DNA from: Octopus sinensis
Lineage: Eukaryota
DNA: 64,000 nucleotides
Assembly (NCBI RefSeq): GCF_006345805.1
Contig: NC_042997.1
Location: 91,636,001 to 91,700,000, forward strand
Reading direction: 5' to 3'
The position numbers were made by a program, and so were the translations under genes. Each line of letters opens with the position of its first letter. Position 1 is the first letter of the stretch. This document shows, piece after piece, positions 27,165 through 40,788 of the stretch. Below the pieces are notes generated by a model, which saw only the letters and a program-made list of their open reading frames with translations, was not told the origin of the DNA and made no database searches.

Positions 27165-28449
27165 TATATACATATATATATACACACACACACACACACA
27201 TACATATGGCTGGCTCCTGCCAAACCGTCCAACCCATGCCAGCATAGAAGGCAAACGTTAAATGATGATGAGGATGATGCAGAGTTGGCCAAATGTCACC
27301 CGACATAAATTAACATTCCATAGATACTATCTGTAATTCTGTATTGACTCGAATGGAAAACTGTGTCACTCAAGGACTTCAGTTTGAACAATTTCCATGA
27401 TGTTTCATATTTAGATTCTTTTATTAAATTCATTCAGTTGTTAAACATAAATAAATCTTGGAATTAAATGGTTTTGATTTACTGTCAGGTAACTTTTGAC
27501 CAACTCTGTACTCGTACGTACATACATAGATACATACATACATGCATGCATGCATGCATACATACATACATACATATATATACATACATGCATATACGTG
27601 TGTGTATGTGTGTGTGTGTGTGCTGGATACCTAATCCATTGAAGTTCTATATAAACCAATGTATTCTGTTAATGAGGTACCTGTGCAGAGATGACTGACA
27701 GTAAATATATTTCAATGTCAGACAATGTAGGCAAAACTGAACTTATCTGACTTTAGAGTGAACATTCACTATGAATAAAAATTAGTCCTAAAAGAGCAAA
27801 AATGAGGATATTTTGTTGCACATGATGTTCAACCCACTAATATGTATTTACGTGTGTGTGAGTGAGTGTGTGTGTGTGTCTGTGAGTATTTTTCTTTTTC
27901 TTTGAGATTTATATAAGTGTGTTCCAATGCAGATTTCAAGCTGGTATCTAACATTGTCAAGGCTCTTTTGTTTAAACCAAGATAGGTCATGGGGTTTGCA
28001 GATATCAGAATTGGTTACTAGACACATATCTATGCATGTGTGCATATGTGTGGATAAACCTGTACTCATATAGTGGGTGTGCATGTCACTTTAGTATACA
28101 AGTGTGTGTGAGTGTGTGCTTCATTACAGTTTATGTGTGTGTGTGTGTGTGTGCATTCCATATGTACATGTTTTGTATGTGTCAACTCAGGGACTTCAAA
28201 TAGAGAATTCCCGGAATGTTTTAGAAACTTTACCTTGCATCATTGATCAATTGTATTTGGAGAATGCAAATCAGTTTGTTTTGTTCTGTTTTTGAGAACT
28301 TTAGCATCTCTAGGCCTTTATGGAAATCTGTTGCTATGCAGCCCAGTGCACTGATGATATTTAATATGTACAAATGAAAACCCTTAGCCTGGATATGAGA
28401 GCTTTAAGGTTTTCATTAGTTTTTTATAGATGGTCTCCTTTTCCTAATT

Positions 28450-28950
28450 GTTGATTAGATATTCACTACTGCTGATCTCCACAACAGTCCAGGTTTTTGC
28501 TTACATTGAGTTGCTGTTTTTTATTGGAATATTCTACTTGTATTCTATATTTTTAAATCTACTGTAACATTCTGGTTCTGGTGTGCCTTTGGTATGGCCA
28601 TCAAGATACTCCTCCAAATATATAGCACTGTAAGTGGTTTTAGTGATAATGTTGGGTCTCATGGGAAAGTAGTATCTTGTAAAAATTTTGCTGATGATAT
28701 GGGTGATGTTTTCCATATCAGTGTGGTACTGTCAACATTTTCTAACACAATGTTGGAAGTCTGAGGCATCCTTATCGCTTTTGTTGATTAGAAACTTAAT
28801 AGCTAGTTTCTGTTTCTGGTAAGATGTGATACATCTTGTAGATTCAGGAGAGGCTACTATTCCTGTCAATGTTGTTATTCTCTAACTTGCAGGATATGTA
28901 CCAATGCAGAACTTTCTGATGCTTTCAGGAGTATTTCTTCTCCAAGTATC
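28450..28950 (-). mobile_element. Highly decayed R4/Dong-type LINE C-terminal (REL) fragment
   Basis: Minus-strand remnants KHQKVLHW, LIW, RPNII and SRFKNIE resemble the RH(D/N)..., (L)WD, RPDI and KY.DL motifs of REL-domain LINEs. Confidence 0.4.
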
Positions 28951-30191
28951 TGTTTAAAAAGGTCAGTCAAGCCATCCTTGATTCACATGGAAGTACATCT
29001 AATCTCATGATGTTATTACTTTCACTGTTGAGTATATATGCAATGCACCCATTTCTCTCTTTGCTGTTTAGTATGTGTTCTGTAAGTGATACACTGCACC
29101 ACTCAAAGGCCATCTGGATTGATCTTAATATACCTTAGCATTTTGGGAGAAAGCAAGTGAATGTGTACAACAACAAAGGCAAAATAATGAAAACCAAACA
29201 AAAAAAAACAGAGAAAATGTTACACAATTACAAATACAAACAACAAGAAAATAACAACAGATGTCTTTTGACTAATAGAAACGAATCAAGTTACTGGCAT
29301 GTGTAGAATGAAAGCCTTGAGACAGGAACATAGGAGATGAACATAAGAGGTGAAAGTCATGAGACAGGAACATAAGAGATGCTTCGTGGATGGCAGTCGA
29401 GCCAAGAAATAAAGATCATGCTTGGCTGAACACCGGTCATGTGGAAGGAAAGGAGAGAGGTAGGGGGCAGAGGGATTGAAGAATTAGGGGGATAATGAGA
29501 AAGAAATTCAAAAGGGCATAGAGAAGGTACAAGGGAGATAAATGAGGAAAAGTAGGTAGATTAAAAAAAGAGAAGGCCAAGAAATGTAAGAGAGGGTGAG
29601 TGAGAAAAAGAAAAGAGGAAAGAAAGAATGAGGGGGACTAAAAGAAAGAGTAAAAGAGTCACACAGAATTTAGATACATACTTACAAGGTGAGCAAAAGT
29701 GTATGTAAGCCGCTATATGTATATATAAATCAAAAAAATGGAACAAGAATGCAACAGATGACAATGAAACATCTGGACAGATAGATGATACAAAGATGGA
29801 CAAGAAAAACAATAAAAAGACGGACAGGAAAAAACAAGAATAGGTCATTCATGGCCTTCTCTCCTCAGTCAAGTTTCCAGATTATTGACATTTTCTGTTT
29901 CTTTTTTTATTTTTTTTTGTCTTTGAGGTCGTATGCATTTGCTTGTTTTCTCCTAAAATATTTAATGCTCTTAGCTTAGATTTTTGGGGCCAGCCAGCTT
30001 TGAACAATCTCAAACTGGCTGAAACTGTAAGGATAATCTGGAAAATTGACTGAGGAGAGAAGGCTACGGAGTTGTTGAGGAGTGCTGCTTGTCAGTTATA
30101 GCAGAATATCTTAGAATTTTTCCCAGAAAATGTTTCTCTCTTTACATAAAAAAATTAAATTTTCTGTCATTTATCCAACTGTTATCCACAG

Positions 30192-30337
30192 GTTGTTATG
30201 TGTATGGACTTTATCTAGAAGGCGCAGGCTGGGATCTAGAGAAAGGATGCCTTATTCGTCAAAAGCCTAAACAATTGGTTCAAGAATTACCTCTTTTGAA
30301 GATTATTCCTATTGAAAGTCACAAGTTAAAATTACAG
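30192..30337 (+). CDS. DNAH10: DNAH10-like exon
   Basis: ccacAG acceptor, GTAAAC donor. (G)CYVYGLYLEGAGWDLEKGCLIRQKPKQLVQELPLLKIIPIESHKLKLQ; phase 1/0. Confidence 0.95.
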
Positions 30338-30841
30338 GTAAACTATTGATATATCTGCAGGTAAAACGTCTGAGAAGATATATTACATTATTACATCATA
30401 TTTTTTAAAATCATTTATTGAAACATTTGATAGTAAGAACACTTGATATCAAATCAAACCATATAATAATGTCTATTTACAGAACCATTCACCCCATTAT
30501 GATAATGATTCCTTCTCTTCATTTCGCATATTGTTAAGTCAATTGAATTGAGTCAGAATATTACTAGTTCTCATTCTATCAATCTTGGAGACTCAAAGGG
30601 GAAATTCAGTCTCACTGGCGTGAGTTGAAAGTAATTAGGCTGGAACATCTGTTTAAGCCAACTCACTATATTTGTTTTATCTTTTAAATTTTATGCTTTG
30701 ATTCTGCTGTTTGATGACCATTGTAGAATTAGACATAGCTATGTATTGATACTCTTTTAACTCATTTGAAAAGGGGCTAAGAAATATATCATCTTTAAGT
30801 CTTATCACTGTTGTTTCAAACTAATAAGTGATCTTTTAGAT

Positions 30842-31160
30842 CAGTGGTTCTCTACCGGGGTCCATATAAGATTTTTGGGGGTCCACACAGCAAAATAGTA
30901 AATTAGGGATCCACTAGGATTTTCAAGGGCCTCTGACAAAATTTTGCTTTAGATGTATGTATTGGTATGTATTGCAAGAAACAGATAGGTTTCTTTCTCT
31001 AACATTTTAGATGGTTCAACCTACACAAGTTAGTATGTGAAAACATTAATAAATAGCATTCTATAAAACTAGTTTTTAAACACTGAATGGTGATAGATTT
31101 CCACCAGAATAAAATAGCAATCAAAGAGGTCCATAGATAAAATATGGCTGAGAACTCCTG
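30842..31160. mobile_element. hAT (Charlie-like) MITE
   Basis: TIRs CAGTGGTTCTC / GAGAACTCCTG; 8-bp TSD ttttagat / ttctagat. Confidence 0.75.
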
Positions 31161-32052
31161 TTCTAGATGGTTGCTAAACTGTTTAGAAATAGCAGTCAAA
31201 CTATTTTTAGCTCACACAACCATTTTGGAAAAGAATGACTTGGATAATGTTGTCTTTGAGGGTGCTACACTTGGGGGTGGGGAGAAACCCCAGCAGAGTC
31301 ATGGTTGTAATGCTTTTGAGCATAGACTTGTTAGACCTGGACCAACCTGGAGCGCAGTAATAACAACAATCAATGTTGTTTTGATTGAATGTTCTTGTTG
31401 TTTCAAAAGAAGCATTGAAAATAGTTTTTGATATCTTTGATACTGCTGTTGCTGCTGCCGCCGCTGTTAGTGGCCCCCACTGCCCCCACCACTGCCGCCA
31501 CCACCACCACCACCACCATTCAATTTTCTGCTAGTGACCCATGAGAGGATTTAGCAACCAGTACAACAAGGTAGCAAAACAATTCTCATTGCAGAAGTTT
31601 CTCTTGCTTATAACACCGGGACTTCCCAGATATCTATTTACTGTTAGAAGTAAGATTTATCAAAAGGACAATGCTGCACTAATTATCTGCTGGATTAATA
31701 CATGAATCATTACATCAGTCAGGACTATCATTAATCTATGTTGTTTAAACTAATTATGAGGATTGTAGTAGTTGTATTGATAGTGATGATGATGATGATG
31801 GCGATGATGGTGGTGGTGGTGGCGATTTTGTGATGATGTTTGTGTCGGTGATGGTAAGTTGGTGACAAAAATTACAATGCTGATGGCTGTATTATGATGA
31901 TGATGACGCTGATGAAGACAAAGGTTGTGTCGTTGTTGGTTGCTTTAATAATGTTGGAATTTATGATGATGAGAATTATAATGATGGCGATTGTGTTGTT
32001 GTTGATGATGATGATGATGATGATGAATAACAGGCTTCTCATTTTGTTTCAG

Positions 32053-32199
32053 AACACTATCAGGACGCCTGTATATGTTACGTCTCAACGTCGTAATGCC
32101 ATGGGTGTTGGCCTTGTATTTGAGGCAGATCTGGCTACAACAGAACATATCAGCCATTGGGTATTACAAGGTGTATGTCTCATACTAAACACTGACTGA
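32053..32199 (+). CDS. DNAH10: DNAH10-like terminal coding exon
   Basis: tttcAG acceptor. NTIRTPVYVTSQRRNAMGVGLVFEADLATTEHISHWVLQGVCLILNTD* matches the DNAH10 C-terminus as recalled (RRNAMGVGLVFEADL...SHWVLQGVCL). The nine exons sum to 2004 nt, one uninterrupted frame. Confidence 0.93.
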   Translation, partial: NTIRTPVYVTSQRRNAMGVGLVFEADLATTEHISHWVLQGVCLILNTD

Positions 32200-32320
32200 A
32201 TTACATTACATATCTTAAACAAACATGTACATGTAAGAGAGCTACCACATATACATGAATTCTTTCACAAACACACACTCATATTACATTACATTTATTT
32301 TCCCATTTACATATATACAC

Positions 32321-32372
<52 letters not shown>

Positions 32373-32397
32373 TTATACACACATAACTACACACTTT

Positions 32398-32485
32398 AAT
32401 TATAAGCATACATTAATTATAAGCATACATTAATTATAAGCATACATTAATTATATAAGCATACATTAATTATAAGCATACATAC
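32398..32485. repeat. 17-bp tandem repeat (TAATTATAAGCATACAT), about 5 copies
   Basis: Read directly, about 200 nt downstream of the dynein stop codon. Confidence 0.9.
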
Positions 32486-32534
32486 ATTCTTATACATATA
32501 CACATTAATATATATGTAAGTATACATACATACA

Positions 32535-32570
<36 letters not shown>

Positions 32571-33399
32571 GAGGTACCTCAACATACAATGGTTACAAGT
32601 AACTGCAGTCAGGGAGACTGTTGTCATTTGATGTGCTAGAAATAACAGTCAAATTTTCCTCAGATCAAACTCTGCCATCTCAAAAAAAAAAAAAACGAAT
32701 GACACATTGGATAATATATTTTCAGATGGGTTGGTAATGATCTTTCATCATGAGTTTGTTTAATCAGAGTAAAACAACGAAAGTAACAAAAAGTTTACAA
32801 AGTTGAATCAAATTATTTCTGATGTAGGCCTTTTGTACACACAACTAATGAAATATGTGCTTCATGATTTTTTATACTACACATTTTGTTATGTTTCTAT
32901 CGTTTAGCTCCAGGTTAGCTTTTATTGGGTGGACCTATGATCAAAGGCTTTCTAAGCCATAACCATCCTATCTCTTTTTACATGGCAATGTGTATCTGGT
33001 GACACATGATCTAATGTATTTTTTTTTAAAAAGACAAATTTTTAGCTCAGAAATTTGACTGTTTCTAGTAAGTTAAGTGACCACATTAGAGTTTACCTCT
33101 TGTCTTGTGCCTTTTGTTATTTATTGTGTAAGTGATGTAAGATAAACTCTGTTCTATCAGTATTTTTGATACTAACATATGAATTGAATAAAAGTAATGA
33201 TTACTATATCTATGTTATTGTTAATAGTACTGCTACCATCCAGCTACAATTTAGTTGCATATATTAATTTCCTTATAAAATGGTGCTGATTTCATTTATG
33301 TTCCTTTGTATACTTCTTGTTTGCTTCTAACATCTCTAAGTTTGAAAATAAAAGAAAAAAACAAAAAATGCAAAAAAAAAACCAAACAAAAAAACAAAA

Positions 33400-33770
33400 C
33401 AGGCATGGCTGTGGTAAGAAGCTTGCTTTCCAACCAGATGGTTCTAGGTTCAAGGTTCGGTCCCACTGCATGGCACACTCTACTATAGCTAGCTTTGGGT
33501 TGACCAAAGTCTTATGAGTGGATTTGATAGATGGAAACTGAGAGAAGTCTGTTGTATATGTGTGTGTGTGTGTATGTCTGTGTGTGTGTATCTATGTGTG
33601 TGTCTGTGTTTGTCCCCCATCACTGCCTGATGTCCAGTATTGGTGTGTTTACATCCCTGCAACTTAGCAGTTCGGCAAAAGAGTCTGATAGAATAAGTAC
33701 TAGGCTTAAAAAATAAAGCAATGCTCCAGCATGGTAGCAGTCAAATGACTGAAACAAGTGAGAGAGTAAA
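33400..33770 (+). mobile_element. SINE (ggcatggctgtgtggtaagaag family) with internal (TG)n
   Basis: Further copies at about 34955..35355 (+) and 7965..8100, 20665..20880, 25585..25745, 51215..51612, 56590..56745 (-). Confidence 0.8.
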
Positions 33771-35117
33771 AGAGAGTAAAGGGTAAACAAACATTCCTTT
33801 CAATCACTAGTTTGCCTACCAGGCTCTATAAGTCTGCTCTACTGATCTACTTGAGTGGGGTGGAGTCATAAGTTGATTTACATTGACCCTGACACTTGGC
33901 TGGTACTTCATTTTATTAACCTCACAAGGATGAAAGGTAAGTTGATCTCAGCAAATAATAATAATTTCGTATATAAGCAGAAAGTCAGAAATTCAGGAGA
34001 GCTGTGTAGCTGAATAAATCAACCTGGTTAAGTATCATACATAACTAGTAGTTCATTTTATCCCCACCTCACCAACAGAAGGATGAAACGCAAAGTTGAC
34101 TTTTGCAGGATTTGAACTCAGAATGTAATGAGGCATTTTGTCCAATGTTTTAATGATCTTGCCAATTTAGAATAAGAATGATAACAAGAATAACAATATT
34201 TTCTAACAGAGGCATGAAGCCAAGATTTTGTTTTACTTCAGCACACGATCTCAGATCAGGTCACTTGCTATGCAAGTACATCTCCGTAAATTTTTTATCT
34301 TTTGGAGGTAAGGTAAGTTGATTAACTCAATGCCCTAGAAGGATGAAAAGAGTAGTAGACCTTGGCAAGATTTGAACTAAGTATCTGAAGAGCCAGAACA
34401 AATATTGCAAGGCATTTTGTCTGCTGCTCTAACAAGTCTGTCAATCATGAATAACAATGGTGAATGACAGCAACAGCAATAGTAATAAGAATTTAACAAC
34501 TCTGTAGAAACCTGGACTGGTTTCACACTCAGTGGGGAAAAGTTCAAGTGTAAAAGAGAAATGATAAATGGATATACAATCACACAAAACCAATTATTCT
34601 GTAGACATGTCAGTTGAAGACAATTTGAGACTTATTTAGGTTCAGCTGCATTGTATGTAATGGATCTATGAGGCCAGTAACTAGCTGTTCTTTCAAAAAA
34701 CAGAAAATTAGTGGAATTTTAAGGGTTGCTGGCCTCATGAAGTTCTCAAGTTACATGCTTTACAGAATTGACTGGAAATACTCAGAAATGGAAGTAATCC
34801 AACTTATTTCATATTTCAACAGTCCAACCTTTAACCAACTGTCAACACACATGTTGTTATTATATACAAGTATGGTCTTGTGGTATGTGGTGTACTCAGA
34901 TGTCAGCATTTTGATGTACTAGAGAAAATTATTTCGAATAAATGTATTTATAAGTGCAGGCATGGCTGTGTGGTAAGAAGTCTGCTTCCCAACGATATGG
35001 TTCTGGATTTAATCCCACTGCATAGCACCTTGGGCAAGTGTCTCCTACTATAGCTTCAAGCCAACCAAAGACTTGAGTGAATTTAGTAGATAGAAACTGA
35101 AAGAAACCTGTTGTGTA

Positions 35118-35178
<61 letters not shown>

Positions 35179-37735
35179 CTTTGTTCCCACATCCATTACT
35201 TGACAACTGGTGTGTTTACATCCCTGTAACTTAGCAGTTCAGCAAAAGTGGCTGAGAGAATAAGTACCAATACTATAAAAACTCGATTCATTTGACTAAA
35301 ATTCCTCAAGGCAGTGCCCCAGCATGGCCACAGTCTACTGACTGAAACAAGTAAAATTAGTAGAACATCAGACAAGATAGATGTCTTGCAGCATTTGATT
35401 ACCCCTTTAATGCTCTGAGTTCAAATCCTACCTAAGTTGATTGTGCCTTTTGTTATCCAATGGTTGATAAAAGAAGTGCCAATCTACTAGTACTGAGTTT
35501 TGATATAAACTATTAAAACCCTGGAAGGTGGGGCATCAGCATTGTCACACTTTAATGATGGCAAGTGCAGTGGTTTGAAACACATATCATGTCTCAGAGA
35601 ACTGCTACACAGAAATTACTATCTTTTTTATTTCTCTTTCAACAAGCTAGATTTTGTAAATGATTAGACAAATCATAAAACTGCCTTTGAAAAGTTTAGC
35701 AATGCTAAATCCATCAGTGTTAAATATTTTAACTAAGATCTTGTGTAGACCAAATTTTCCTACAATTTCCCATCAAAAGCTCATTTTCTCAACAGGGTTC
35801 AAAAGCTCATTTTCTCAGCAGGGATGTGAAGTATATTATGTGTATATAATAAGAATTATGAATATAAGATTAAACACAAAAAATTACTCTAAAGTGCACT
35901 TGCAAATAATTAGCTATTAATAACTATTTCTTGTGGGACCCTAGGGATGGGAAAAACTGCACTTGAATAATTAATGGAAAAAATGTTGGGTTCATATATC
36001 ATTGGCATGGCATTGATGTATCTTCAAGACAGTTATTAATGGTCCTTTGAATCTAGCTCTAAATAGATGTAGCAGTGGCAGTATTTTTCCATTAAGACAA
36101 GGACAAAACTAATATTGTTATCGTTGTCATTGTTTAGCTCTAGATCAGTCATGATTAAGTAGACCAATAATTAAAGGTATTCAATTCACCATCATCCATC
36201 TGTCTTTTTTTTTTCCAGTAATAGTGTACCCTACATGCAGATATTACTGAGTAGTTAAGTTGTTTGCCTCACAACCCTGAAGTGTTAGGTTTAATGCTGA
36301 TGTGTGGAATCTTGCACAAGTGTCTTTTACTACAGCCTTAGAGTAATCCAAGCCTTATGAGTGAAATTTGATTGACAAAAACTGTGGATACCTAGGCTGT
36401 CGTTTGGATCATACTTGTAATTAAAAAATTCAGCTTTGTCACATTGTTTCACACTGCTTCAGCCTGAAAATTTACATTAAGGTTACAAATATCTGTTGAA
36501 TGCTCAGTTATTTATATATTGATTTAATATGGGGCTAGTTCATTAAAACCAACAAAGGATCTATCATTATAACCCAGATATTATCTACGTGTTCATTTTA
36601 AGATGGTAAAGTGTAGTTTCAGGGAGATTTAATGGTCATTTCTAGAAGATTGAGAAATAACATAGAAGCTACATTGACAAATGATTTATTATAATGTTGG
36701 GAAGTTGGAATTGTACCTATGACTATTACAGATCCTCTTAGACTGGTAATTTTGATACACTTGAATGTTTATGTTCAATTCTTCCCACAAAGGAAATTAC
36801 TTTTATGAGACTAGTATCCTATTCTGAGAAAGATAAATTACTCAGTTGCTTCATTCCACAGAAAACAGGGATAAGCACCAGTCTTATGGTTCCTTGTATT
36901 ATGTAATTAAATTACAGCTGTGAGCTGGTGGAATTGTTACTTCACCAAGCAAAATGCCTGGTGGCATTTCTTTCAGCTTTATGTTCTGAGTTCAAATTCC
37001 ACCAAGGTTGACTTTGCCTTTCATTTTTTTGAGGTCAATATCAGAAGTACCAGTGGAACACTGGGGTCGATGTAATTGAATTATTCCCTGCCACCAAATT
37101 TTAGGCCTTGTGCCTATAGTAGAAAAGATTATATAATTAAACTGCTAATCAAAAATCTCAAGGAATTTGAAATGCAACTTTCACCTGGAACAGATGGAGA
37201 GACAGCTCATAAGCTTGTCATTAGCCAAAATTCAGTGGAAGTTTATAGATTCATTTAGCATCATAGCATTCGCCTGTGAATGACAATTCTTGAAGTTATA
37301 CTGAAACTAAACCCAACTCATTCATTCTCAAGAAACTATATAACATCTCATCTTACATTCTCATAAAACCGATGCTCTGGTTTCTCCTCATACCTAGCAG
37401 AAAAATCATTTGCTTTTTACATTCATACAAAATCAAACCACTCAATGCCATTATGTGTACTCAAAAGCAACAATAATTTGGACATAAATACATTTTCCTC
37501 CAGTGAAGCTGATGAAGTTTAATGGGATTGCAGAGTACTGTGATGAGGCATTAAAATGCAACAGACATCAGGGGAAAAAAATTAGCACTCATTTTCAAAG
37601 ACTTTCCAATTGAGTAAAGAAGCTTGAACAGGTTGATTGATCTACTAGAAGTAACAGCCAAATCTACTTCAAATTACACATAATTGTCTTAAAAAAGAAG
37701 AAGGATATGTGAGGTAATGTAAATTTGAAATTGTA

Positions 37736-38035
37736 GAGGCACATGGCCTAGTGGTTAGAGCAGCGGACTCGCAGTCGAGGGATCGCGAGTTCGAATCTCA
37801 GACCGGACGATGTGTGTGTTTATGAGCAAAACACCTAAGCTCCACGCGGCTCTGGCAGAAGGTAATGGCGAAACTTCTGCTGACTCTTTTGCCACAACTT
37901 TCTCTCACTCTTTCCTCCTGCATCTTGCAGCTCAGCTGCGATGGACCGGCGTCCCGTCCAGGTGGGGAACCTGTACGCCAAGAAACCAGGAAACCAGCCC
38001 TTATGAGCCAGGCATGGCTTGAGAAGGGAAAAAAA
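37736..38035 (+). mobile_element. tRNA-derived SINE
   Basis: gaggcacatggcctagtggttagagcagcggactcgc...gttcgaatctc head; same family as 8750..9035. Confidence 0.8.
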
Positions 38036-39305
38036 AACTTGAAATTCTTTTCCCTCACCAAAAAAAAAAAAGTGTGCATGGTCACAGATGGAATGCTTTT
38101 CAGCTAAGTTTGTTGGATCAGGGTTGACTGGAGGCTAAATAGCAACAACAATTCTCAATTTTTCTGTTGTTCGTTTGGAACCCTTAAATGTATGTAATTC
38201 AAAATATAAACAATAATAGACCATAGAATAAATTTCTAGTGTTCAAAAGGAAGCCGAACTAAAAGATGGAAAATAATGTTTATTTTTGTATACTCCCATT
38301 TTATTTAAATTTTAAAGTTTCTCCATTTTTAATTGCGAAGACTGATGAGATCCTCACTATGACACCATAAAAGACTACGAAATTTTATTTCCAATCATAT
38401 AAACCACCTCGAATATTATTTTAGGAAGTTTAAGGTGATTTCTTTTGTGCCGTTAATCATTTACCATTTCTGCGGTGTCCCCTTCCCCCTCCTTTGATAG
38501 CCTAAGCACCTGCTTATTTTGCTTAATGGTTTATCTAGTGTCATTAAGATGCAGCTATTCTACAACAGAAAATTCGGCATACATTTAAAAAATGGTAAGA
38601 ACAGTCAAGTAACAATTTCAAGTTTAAATTAGTTTTAGACTAAAAAAAAATAATAATAAAAGCGAGACAGGAAAATTCTATATCTTCTCTCTATTTTCAC
38701 CTTGTTTTTTCTTTTCTCCTCTCACACTTGGTTTTTTAAAATTAAATTATTCATTGGAAAAAAAAATTGGCTGGTTCTGACATGCAGCACGAAAAGTTTT
38801 ATGTTTTAATTACATACTTTCACGATCATGTCAGATGAAAATTACGGAATCTCTGAATAAATGATAATATGTGACTTAGTTTTTTGGAAAACGTGAATAT
38901 TCATCTCCTGAAACCATTTTTGATGGTTTTGTTTTTATTATAGTCATATGAGTTTAATGAAATTCTGCATTGTGACAAACATGAATTACTATAGTGATTT
39001 TTGTTTGTTGTTGCACAAAAGTTCTTAGTGTAAGTAGGGTGTGATGATATTGTTGATTAGCGATGTATTACGCAGCTTCGTGTTGCGTTTCTTGTATTAC
39101 CAACGTTTAAAGGCTTCAGTTTTTAAAATGGTTTTATCAGAGGAAGAAGGTCCTCGTTCATGATATTTTCAGGACTTCTGGGATTTGTGCTGGGGGTGAG
39201 AAAGGGAAGTAAGGCCTATTAGAGGTGTGTTTAGCTGATACATCGATCCAGAAGGTGAAAAAGAGGACCATAACTGTCTGCCGAGTCCCTTTCTCCCTAT
39301 ATATA

Positions 39306-39347
<42 letters not shown>

Positions 39348-39853
39348 TCACAGATGCTGGTATGAAGCCAAGCAAAGAATTAGTCTACCCCGCCAAGAAC
39401 TGGCATAGCTTGACGAGCTTAGGTCGATCTGAAGTTATGATAGGCGTCACCTGCCCAAAATTACTCTAGGTGGAATCAAACTATGGATCATTTGATGGAG
39501 AAGTGAACTTTTTAATAGCACAAGAATATTATAGCTTAATCCTTTTATTTCATTTCTTTACCCTCTCAGACATTTTGCAGTAATTATAAAGTAACTGAGA
39601 TTCGTTGTTAAGTCGATTTCTAAAGATAGGAGGTAAAATAATGTTTAATCAATGGTTTGATTTTATTTACGTGCCTGGGCAATAGTTGATGTTTACTGCT
39701 AACATCTAATAATTAACAACGTTTTATTTCATACACCTAGTAGCTTAAGTTTTATAGAAGAGAAAAGAGAATGAGCGATAATAGCGCTTTCCTAGAAATG
39801 CACAACAGCTAAGTATTCATCTCGACATATGTATATATATATATATTTATATA

Positions 39854-40788
39854 TACTGACTACCCGTGCCCCGTTGGGTCACCGGGAAAGTCTAAGTTTC
39901 CCAGCAACGAAGTTTTGTTTCGTGTTTTTTTTTTTCTTTTCCAGGTTATTCCGCATACTTTCATCGAATGTGATATCGAAATAACGCGTAAACGGCTCTT
40001 TTCCCCAGAAAAGGAAATATTTGGCTACTATTTCTTGCATGCTCTGTTACCACGTAACAAATATTTCGGGTCCTTTATCGCAAATAGCTGTTACATGATA
40101 GCAGGGCGTGCTAAAAATAGAACCCAGATTTTTTGAGGTGAGATACATTGAATGCACTCGAAAAAAAAAAAAAACCTATGGAAAAAAATTATTTCACACC
40201 GAGGTTACGATCGGGTCTTTTATGAAATATTTACCGTATTTTAAAGTCATTTTTACTGTAAAATATTTTTTAAATATGCCAAAAAAATTTTCGTAATGGT
40301 ATTCACTTGGCAATAATTTTAAAAAAACCATTAAAATATTGTCTGTTTAAAGAAAGCTAAAATATAAATACCTACTGTACAAACAACTTACATTTTTGAA
40401 ATCACATTAATTTAAAAATATTTCTTAATGATTAAAATATTGTGTTTAACAAAAGCGAAAATAGAAACATTTACTGTAAAAAACAAATCGTATTTTTTCG
40501 TTGTCAAATCAGTCTAATCGAAAGGTAAGAGTTTCTTCCCTTTCAGGGTTAAATTATTTTCGGAACATTTTCCCATTATGCACCGTTTTGGGTATTTATA
40601 CCCCCGAAAACACCTAATATCTACAAAGCCACTTGTCCGATTTACGCGAAACTTGTTTGATTCCGTTTTTATTCACATTTCAGGGGAAACTTAATTCATA
40701 GTATTTTCCCATTATGCACCAGTTTGGCTGGGTAACATTGCAAGCAAACAAGCAAGATTCAAGCTTACTTTTATAGATATATTATAGA
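39854..40788 (-). mobile_element. Non-autonomous Helitron-like element
   Basis: Minus strand starts TCTATAATATATCTATAAAAG and ends with a GC hairpin (CCCGGTG...GCACGGG) followed by TAGTCAGT; internal duplicated AT-rich block at about 40335-40500. Confidence 0.45.

Noticed and set aside
31894-32052. Poly-Met N-terminal part of ORF 31894..32199
   Set aside because: Intronic (ATG)n repeat; the real exon starts at the AG acceptor at 32051-32052.
37736-37810. tRNA-like sequences (also at about 8960-9035 and 50020-50090)
   Set aside because: They have A/B boxes but continue into multi-copy SINE bodies and lack a complete cloverleaf.
39080-39197. Minus-strand segment with a good acceptor and an in-frame TGA (possible selenocysteine)
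   Set aside because: All three frames contain stops, and there is no selenoprotein similarity or SECIS evidence.
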